64,000 nt of DNA from Bugula neritina (Eukaryota; Animalia; Bryozoa): contig OZ037765.1 in assembly GCA_964035545.1 (NCBI GenBank), positions 16,678,995 to 16,742,994 of the forward strand, read 5' to 3'. The notes beneath the pieces are model-generated. The model was not told the DNA's origin. It saw only the letters and a program-made list of their open reading frames with translations, and ran no database searches. The position numbers were made by a program, and so were the translations under genes. This document shows, in pieces, positions 53,301 through 64,000 of the stretch (position 1 is its first letter; each line of letters starts with the position of its first letter).

Positions 53301-54684
53301 TGCTCTGGCTATCCCAGATGCATCAGCCCCAACAGTGGCCAGGGCACTAGACCAACATGTATTCTGTTATTTTGGGCTTCCCGAACAGATACACTCTGAT
53401 CAAGGCGCTCAATTCCAGTCTCAACTGATGAGCGACCTTTGCCACCTCTGGGGAGTAAATCAGAGCAGGACCACCCCCTACCACCCTCAAGGTAACGGGG
53501 TGGTGGAGCGCAACAACCGGATGCTAGGTGATGCGCTCCGGAGTCTCCTCCTTGGACGAGGTCAAGAGGAATGGGATACGGTGTTGCCGCAAGTCATGCG
53601 TGCATACCGTAGCACCCCACACACCAGTACTGGTGAGACCCCAAACCTCTTGATGCTCGGGAGAGAGACTCGTGTCCCTGACCATCTCACCTATCACGTT
53701 CCAGAGCAGGATAACTCAGTCCATGAGTATGCCAGTGAACTAGTGGAACGGATGAAGGCCGCACACGAGATACTGCGTCAACAGCAGTGGAAGGTGCGGC
53801 ACGAAGATTCCGATGAACCACCCCTCTATCAAAGAGGAGATAAGGTGTGGATGGTCAATTACCGTAGGCGCCGCGGACAGGCTGATAAGCTGAAGCCTAA
53901 GTTCGTAGGCCCCTACGTGGTCGTCGAGGCTATGCCCAATCATACGTACAAGATTGAGCGCTCAGGACAGGTGTCTATCCAGAATGAGTCTCGCTTGAAA
54001 CCGTATTGGGCTAGCCCTGACGGAGTGGGAGAAGCCCCCCCGTTGTTAGAGCCCAGGAGGCAGACAACGACGCGCGGGCGACGGCGGCATGGACCTGAAT
54101 ACGAAGTGGTCATACCGCGGGAGGAAAACTTGGTGAGAGAGGAGCGGCAGCTTTTGTCAACAGAAGCATGTCCGCCACCGCCAAGTCTAATTCCATCACT
54201 TCCAGAAACCGAGCCGGTTCCGGAAGTGCAAACCCCCACGGAGGGAGGGGCTCCATCTGGAGAACAAGAAGAGGTGACCACTAACGGTGAAGTAGAGACG
54301 CCATTAGAGGCCCCTACTAACGAACCGGCAAGCGTGTCACCCCCCCTAGAAAGGGGACAGCGTACGAGGAAGCCCCCACCGTATTTGAAAGACTTCATAT
54401 GTGACTGCATTAGAAGCGGCGCACATGAAAGTCTAGGGGAAAACCGTACGATAAAATGTTGGAGTTGTGAACCCCACGCAAATATCAACTTTTGCGAGGG
54501 CGGAATAGTGGGAGGAATTAATGCGCGTAAAGCAAATAGTTCCGACCTCGTGCCTCAGAAACGATGCTCAGCCTTTTCTTATGCTGACATCGCCAAAGGC
54601 AGACGTATCTCACAACCAGCTCCAACCTTACCAAGAACGTTGAGTATGGACATTAATACCGAGTTCCCAGGTAAGCCAGTATAA
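50398..54684 (+). CDS. pol: Pol polyprotein: aspartic protease, reverse transcriptase, RNase H, integrase (1428-aa ORF)
   Basis: FLLDSG (PR); RFCVDYRKLN, LPFGL, YLDD (RT); LDTDAS, ELLA, DH, DGLSR (RH); H-x3-H..CEIC, VDL, SDQG, ERNN (IN); FVGPY (GPY/F); RTRKPPPYLKDF tail; no chromodomain seen. Confidence 0.98.
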   Translation: MRGGVKVQPHGESYFLPGKVAGNAVTFLLDSGCTTNLLSRRVFEALPRRDRDRVRPYTGEHGTLADGSCIPFYGIIELPGRVRDQAVQETFIIGQLEEDAILGMPFLKQHQCRIDFSKSVVLMGGRELACVDKFGRPLVGGVQVVRNCTVPGRSRATIHCRVNSNRIARLGVVESAHEKIQLASSLNRLTERGEVLVQCVNPFTEPIELPAGSMLGRFHSVQEEDVGPSLGDATEAPPRHPIQGRGAVPTHLRELYETASGGCASNRERQAMAKLLRDYGDVFSSGENDVGLTGIVRHEIPLTAGTAPVRQPTRRLGPEKEKEVSRQVRDLLDRGLIEPAHSAWSSPVVLVRKKDGSWRFCVDYRKLNSVTIQDAYPLPRIDESLDALAGSKYFSTLDLLSGYWQVPLSPDAQEKAAFITRDGLWKWKVLPFGLTSAPATFQRLMEQVLSGLHWKTLLVYLDDVIVISPDFETHVSRLQEVFERLRGAGLKLKPSKCALLQPEVKYLGHVVGRNGVATDPEKVRAVEDWVTPQDLTGLRAFLGLVGYYRQYIPDFAGIAQPLNRLTAKGVTWQWTPVEQEAFDRLKGCLLTAPILAYPDPTLEYILDTDASDQNVGAVLSQVQEGREVVVAYYSKSLSPAERNYCTTRKELLAVIKSVKHFRPYLYGRKFRLRTDHASLIWLCRRAEPSSQVARWLEILAEFSYRIEHRPGKRHSNADGLSRRPDGGCKQCLNIEKRDGGPPRCELETLAHHGAPFDWDQGQLRQRVDESPEDVQNLRANPVLAGNVRELKKLQEELPGVVADIYRAKREGRRPSEERIRQGCAEFRLYCQRWDSLRIGQDGFLTISLAASGRHPERKRVVCPAAIRRELIWDTHKQAHAGVKRVISKLRLRWYWPQMERDVRLRVKQCEICQASKHSRPPGEAGRRRLYAGRPWQVVAVDLVGPMPLTPRGNNWILVLTDHFTRWADALAIPDASAPTVARALDQHVFCYFGLPEQIHSDQGAQFQSQLMSDLCHLWGVNQSRTTPYHPQGNGVVERNNRMLGDALRSLLLGRGQEEWDTVLPQVMRAYRSTPHTSTGETPNLLMLGRETRVPDHLTYHVPEQDNSVHEYASELVERMKAAHEILRQQQWKVRHEDSDEPPLYQRGDKVWMVNYRRRRGQADKLKPKFVGPYVVVEAMPNHTYKIERSGQVSIQNESRLKPYWASPDGVGEAPPLLEPRRQTTTRGRRRHGPEYEVVIPREENLVREERQLLSTEACPPPPSLIPSLPETEPVPEVQTPTEGGAPSGEQEEVTTNGEVETPLEAPTNEPASVSPPLERGQRTRKPPPYLKDFICDCIRSGAHESLGENRTIKCWSCEPHANINFCEGGIVGGINARKANSSDLVPQKRCSAFSYADIAKGRRISQPAPTLPRTLSMDINTEFPGKPV

Positions 54685-54701
54685 GTCTTGTATTCCTATT
54701 C

Positions 54702-55774
54702 ATGGAAACGGGCTCGATGCCAGTAGATTCTGAACTAATTCAGCAGATTGAATCAGAATTACTGGGAACCACGTTTCATGTGAATGACGATGAAGACACT
54801 GTAATGGCCGATGGTCTGTTAGACCTGGAGCTAGACACTGTTCTTGGTCAGTCCACACATGATTCATCAGTTCCTCGAGTGCATTCCAAAAGCAGTGACT
54901 CTCAGGCTAGCAATGGTCGACAGTCACTAGAATTAGGTTGTAAAGATCCACCGCGATCTAACACTAATTCTACTTTTGTAGACACACTCGCGCCCGTCTC
55001 TCCGGGCATGCCTTCTCTAGAGATGGCGTGGGACGCAGAGCCGGCCCCAACAACTTCTACCACCAGGAAACTGCCACCCCAGTTGGAAGCAACCTCCAAC
55101 TGGATTACCCCTGCCACAGAGAGAGAGATCAGGACCCATCAAGGAGGTGAGAGTAATCGTGAATGCAACCTCTGCCAACAGCGATTCACGACTCACCGCA
55201 GACTAAAAGTACACTTGCCGCAACACTACGTCACCACTTCTGCCCTTGCGGAGAATATAGCTACAATCGTGATTACCTGTTGCGGCACCAACGTACTATG
55301 CAGTGTTATCAAGGGCATGTCTATGAAGTAGACGAATCATCCTATCCTGCCTTTCTCAACGCCATCAAACCACTCATCACTGACTCAGCTCGGCTATCTC
55401 GCCTGGAGCAAGGCTTCCCTTCCCCGCGGCCCATCATCTCTGGAGCCGCAGATAAACCTACCCAGTCTGCTAACTCTCCACCTCGCAATCCTCTACGCAT
55501 GCCGCATACCTTTCCTCGTGTCGTACTACAGAGGGTCGACACAAATGCATATACACTCCCTCCTCCCCTTCCATCTTCAGAGCGGAAAAGACACAGACAG
55601 CCGACTTCCTCTCGCTCGTCCCCCTGGGCCCGCAACCTACGTGAAGTAGAAGCTAGGGCGCACGACTTGGAGCAAGAAGTGTACAGGCTGGCCCCACGAG
55701 TACAGGCTGCATCCAGTGAACTCAAATACTTACAGGAGTCTATTAAACGCATGAAGCGTGCGGCCCGCAGTTAA
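54702..55774 (+). CDS. Accessory ORF3 of the Gypsy element: acidic N-terminus, tandem C2H2-like zinc fingers, C-terminal coiled coil; split by a one-base frame change at about 55231-55240
   Basis: Joining ORF 54702-55331 and ORF 55163-55774 gives CNLCQQRFTTHRRLKVHLPQH-YVTT/F-CPCGEYSYNRDYLLRHQRTMQC and a heptad-like tail LREVEARAHDLEQEVYRLAPRVQAASSELKYLQESIKRM; no signal peptide or transmembrane segment. Confidence 0.7.
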
Positions 55775-56037
55775 CTCGAATCTACCTACAACTCCATACT
55801 ACTCATTTCCCTACCTCTCTGTGGCATTCCCTACCGTAATGGTGGCACGTACTCTACATGTAGATAGGACCTTCTCTTGCTTATTACTTAGTGTGCACGT
55901 TATATATACCTGTATATTTTTTATCAGTTGTTGTTTTTTTTTTGTATATACTTTTATACTGTTCTCTTACCCCCCCACAACGAAGTATACGTTTTTTTTA
56001 TGTGAATTTTATTTTATCAGAAAGTGGGCTTTCTGCT

Positions 56038-56048
56038 GGAGGGGGCAG
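56038..56048 (+). promoter_or_regulatory. Polypurine tract
   Basis: GGAGGGGGCAG immediately 5' of the 3' LTR. Confidence 0.85.
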
Positions 56049-56353
56049 TGTGGTGGCTCGTGGAGCTACCAGCAACACAATACGCAAGGTTGCGTATTGA
56101 CCCGGAACAATGTATTAGCCAATTAGCTAGGCTGTTTTATAAGTAATAGTAGCCGCTTCGCGCTACTAGCTCAGTTGAGGATAGTGCTGTAAACTAAATA
56201 GACGTGCGTATCATTACTGTTGTACATTGGATTTTTATTATGTATTCTTGTATTAAATATAACGATATCTACTCGACTTAACTGGTGAAGTTTCTCTAGT
56301 GTTAAATAGACTCTCTTGGTGGCACATCAACCCTAAATCTGAAAACTATAACA
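56049..56353 (+). repeat. 3' LTR (305 bp)
   Basis: Same sequence as the 5' LTR; followed by TSD GTAT. Confidence 0.98.
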
Positions 56354-56483
56354 GTATTTAATTTTATATTATTTATTATTAATTATTTGATATTATTTCA
56401 ATAAATATTTTTTATATAGTTTTTTAGCAACTATAATGAACAACTATAAGTATGAGAGGTCATAATTCACAAGATACTAATAG

Positions 56484-56868
56484 TGTAATAGATGTTGGGG
56501 TAACTTTTTAGAAATTGCCTGCTCTTGTATTATTTTTACCTGTCCGAATTTTTCTTTGTTTTGTGAACCGATCTTCAGCCGAAGTCGGAAGGTACCGAAA
56601 TACGGGTATCCGGTCTTCGACCAGTGTTCAGTGGAATTTTCTAGAAGTCGGGAATGCTGATTTCTCAAGTATAAAAGGAGGGGAATTTCCAGTGTAGAAT
56701 CAATCTACCACTAGAGCTCGCCGAAGACATGCCTAGGAAAAAGGCTTACTATTATATATACTGTACACAATAAAGAATTCTACACTTGGAAAACCTTCTC
56801 TGCTCTTTCTCTCACTCACAATGAGTTATGTTCTCTGATTAATTATCCCACCTCACAAAACTATCACA
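56484..56868 (+). mobile_element. Solo LTR, 385 bp (family B)
   Basis: TGTAATAG...CTATCACA (7/8 inverted match), 4-bp TSD ATAG (56480-56483 / 56869-56872), TATAAAAGG and AATAAA; shares GTATAAAAGG..CAGTG..CACTRGAGCTCKCCGA..CACAAAA with 9785-10191. Confidence 0.82.
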
Positions 56869-57004
56869 ATAGCAATACTAATAGTAATACCATTAGTCTA
56901 ATACTCATTCACAATGAGCTATGACTTGGTCTTAAACTTAATCACTAATGATAAAGTCATGGCTCAACGTGAATGAGTAAGTGTAAGATTAACTAACTTA
57001 TTAA

Positions 57005-57945
57005 GTGAATGAGTCAAAGTGCTCTACCCATCTGTCACATTGGACAGAAATTTCTGTGTTTACTGAGCTATCCTTCTGCTTTAGAATAAAGCATAATCAA
57101 GTAACTGGTCCAACAGTTTCTTTGATAGCGGAGTATATTGCTTTTGCATCCCCTTTGTCGTGTGCATGTTCTATTTTTGTGGAATGGAAATCTCAGCATA
57201 TTTTAGCAGATTTTTTGGCACTTTGTTGAGTTTCAGTAAAACAGGCTCTCAGCTCATGTTGGGCAATTTTTGTGGGTTTTGACTTCATCCTCAAGGGTGT
57301 TTGTTTCTTTTTTCTACAAGTTCTATTAATGCTAGAGAGGCAGTGTACCAGTTTGCATGCCCTTTCCTCTTTCCAAAACATTAAAAGGATTTGCTGTGAA
57401 TCACATTTTTTAGGTTGTTTCATATATTGTTTGAGTTGAGGCCATGAAAGATGTATGCATCACCAAGTTTTAGACTGAGAGAATCACAGCATTCATCTAT
57501 GAATGAATTTTCTCGTTGCAATGATATGGCTTTGGCTGATGCTGTATACTTGACAGCACAAGGTTATAACCAGAATCTTAGTGGGCACTGTGATAGTGCC
57601 TTGCGTTGCAGACCTTTGTGCAGCTGTACTGCCGTTATTACCTTGATTTAGGTTGGCATCGTGGTTTCTATGAGTCTTTCCAGAAACCAAAGAATTTGTG
57701 ATATTGATATTTTGGTGACGGCAGAACTCAAGCAGGCATTAGCCAGTTTCATTCATTTTCCAATACCAAAGCAGCCAAACATCTTTTCCAAGATTTATAT
57801 AGTCATCTCGAACTCTTGCCTTTTTATCACTCGGAAGCACAATCCTATCCTTATTCTTAGCTGGATAAGCTCTTCTAGATCTTTTTAGAAACTATTTCTT
57901 CCATACTAATCAGCTTTTAGAGTCGGGGCATATGGTGAAATTATA
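57005..57945 (-). mobile_element. Decayed RTE-clade LINE: AP-endonuclease and post-endonuclease region
   Basis: Minus-strand IISPYAPTL..F*KDLEEL, (GDFNARV-like) SDKKARV, KMNETG*CLLEFC..ITNS, IEHAHDKGDAKAIYSAIKETVGP, QCDRWVEHF, with stops and frameshifts. Confidence 0.75.
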
Positions 57946-58784
57946 TTTATATATTGTTATAATACATTTTTATATCATGTTTTCTAATGTGTTGAATGCT
58001 GCTAATAGCTTGAGTTATTGCTGCTTTGTGATTCCTTAGTACAAATAATGACTGCAGTGTGGGTATGTAGTTAGAGGTGTTGGTAGGCTGATGTTTACTG
58101 ATCTTTGAGCCTGCACAGGTTGCGCTACTAATGTTGTCTTTTAAGTTATCAAGTAGTTCTCTTGTATGTATAAGCATTTTGATTATAGAAGAGGCATAGC
58201 CAATACATTTGTGATACTGTACAGGCGCAGAAGCTGCCCTCGAAGTCATAGAATTTATGACTGCAAGAACACCAAAGACATAGAGCGCCACTCCATGTTT
58301 GATGGATGGCTAGTGAATGAAAGTTTAGTTCGTGCGCCTTTTAGCATTATAACTCCGGGTAATCCATCCTTTCAGTCAATACTGCCAAAATACCATGCGT
58401 TGAAGTACCAAGCTCGATATTTACTAAAGCCAGAGGCAAATATTTGCAAAGATTTCTGCAGTTGACGCTGCATGCAGCAGGTAGTACTGGGTTACATGAT
58501 ACCAGTACCAGGCCTGTTCATAACTGAACAAGCATTTAAATATCAGTATATATTTATCAACCATAATATCCAAGCTTTTATTGAATACTTCTATTATCAC
58601 TAGGCTTATTGTTATTTCATATTATTATTATTAACACATTCAATATAATGCTGTACAACACAAATCTGAATAGCTTATATTTTTTGCTATCCATTATTTA
58701 TTATTGTATCATTATTATTGACCGTGTCACAGTTTCTATATTCTGTTACAGGTTTAATCTGTAGCTGTGCCGACATAAATGATA

Positions 58785-64000
<5,216 letters not shown>

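Larger units (their letters stand above)
48905..56353 (+). mobile_element. Full-length Ty3/Gypsy LTR retrotransposon, 7449 bp
   Basis: TG...CA LTRs, 4-bp TSD GTAT (48901-48904 / 56354-56357), PBS, PPT, gag, and pol in PR-RT-RH-IN order. Confidence 0.99.

Noticed and set aside
49237-55752. Antisense ORFs inside the retrotransposon (e.g. 53940-54488, 55342-55752, 49237-49677)
   Set aside because: Expected shadows of GC-rich coding sequence; no recognisable motifs.
54702-55774. env gene in the third-ORF position
   Set aside because: No signal peptide, transmembrane helix or fusion peptide; the content is zinc-finger and coiled-coil.
48010-58510. Large inverted-repeat element bounded by CATGTAACC(C)AGTA at about 48022 and about 58485
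   Set aside because: Only about 13 bp of similarity and no TSD; likely chance.

Overview
AT-rich, intron-dense eukaryotic (invertebrate-like animal) DNA; the species cannot be fixed from this window. From left to right: (1) the 5' end of an unidentified minus-strand gene (two in-frame exons, 5988-5838 and 2236-2055) transcribed away from (2) a complete PTPN13/FAP-1-like gene (13503-40609, about 47 exons, KIND-FERM-5xPDZ-PTP); (3) a short orphan ORF (42042-42437); (4) an internally deleted Academ-type DNA transposon (44238-47650, TAG...CTA ends, 3-bp TSD) with a nested RTE LINE fragment; (5) a very young full-length Ty3/Gypsy LTR retrotransposon (48905-56353; 305-bp LTRs identical by eye, GTAT TSD, tRNA-Leu PBS) with a G-UUA-AAC plus hairpin -1 frameshift signal and, in the env position, an extra ORF encoding tandem C2H2-like zinc fingers and a coiled coil; (6) an RTE endonuclease relic; (7) the 5' part of glucose-6-phosphate isomerase (GPI, 58785 to window end). 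Two solo LTRs of a second family sit at 9785-10191 and 56484-56868. The best novelty candidate is the Gypsy zinc-finger ORF3 and how it might be expressed. All alignments were done by eye; no searches were run.
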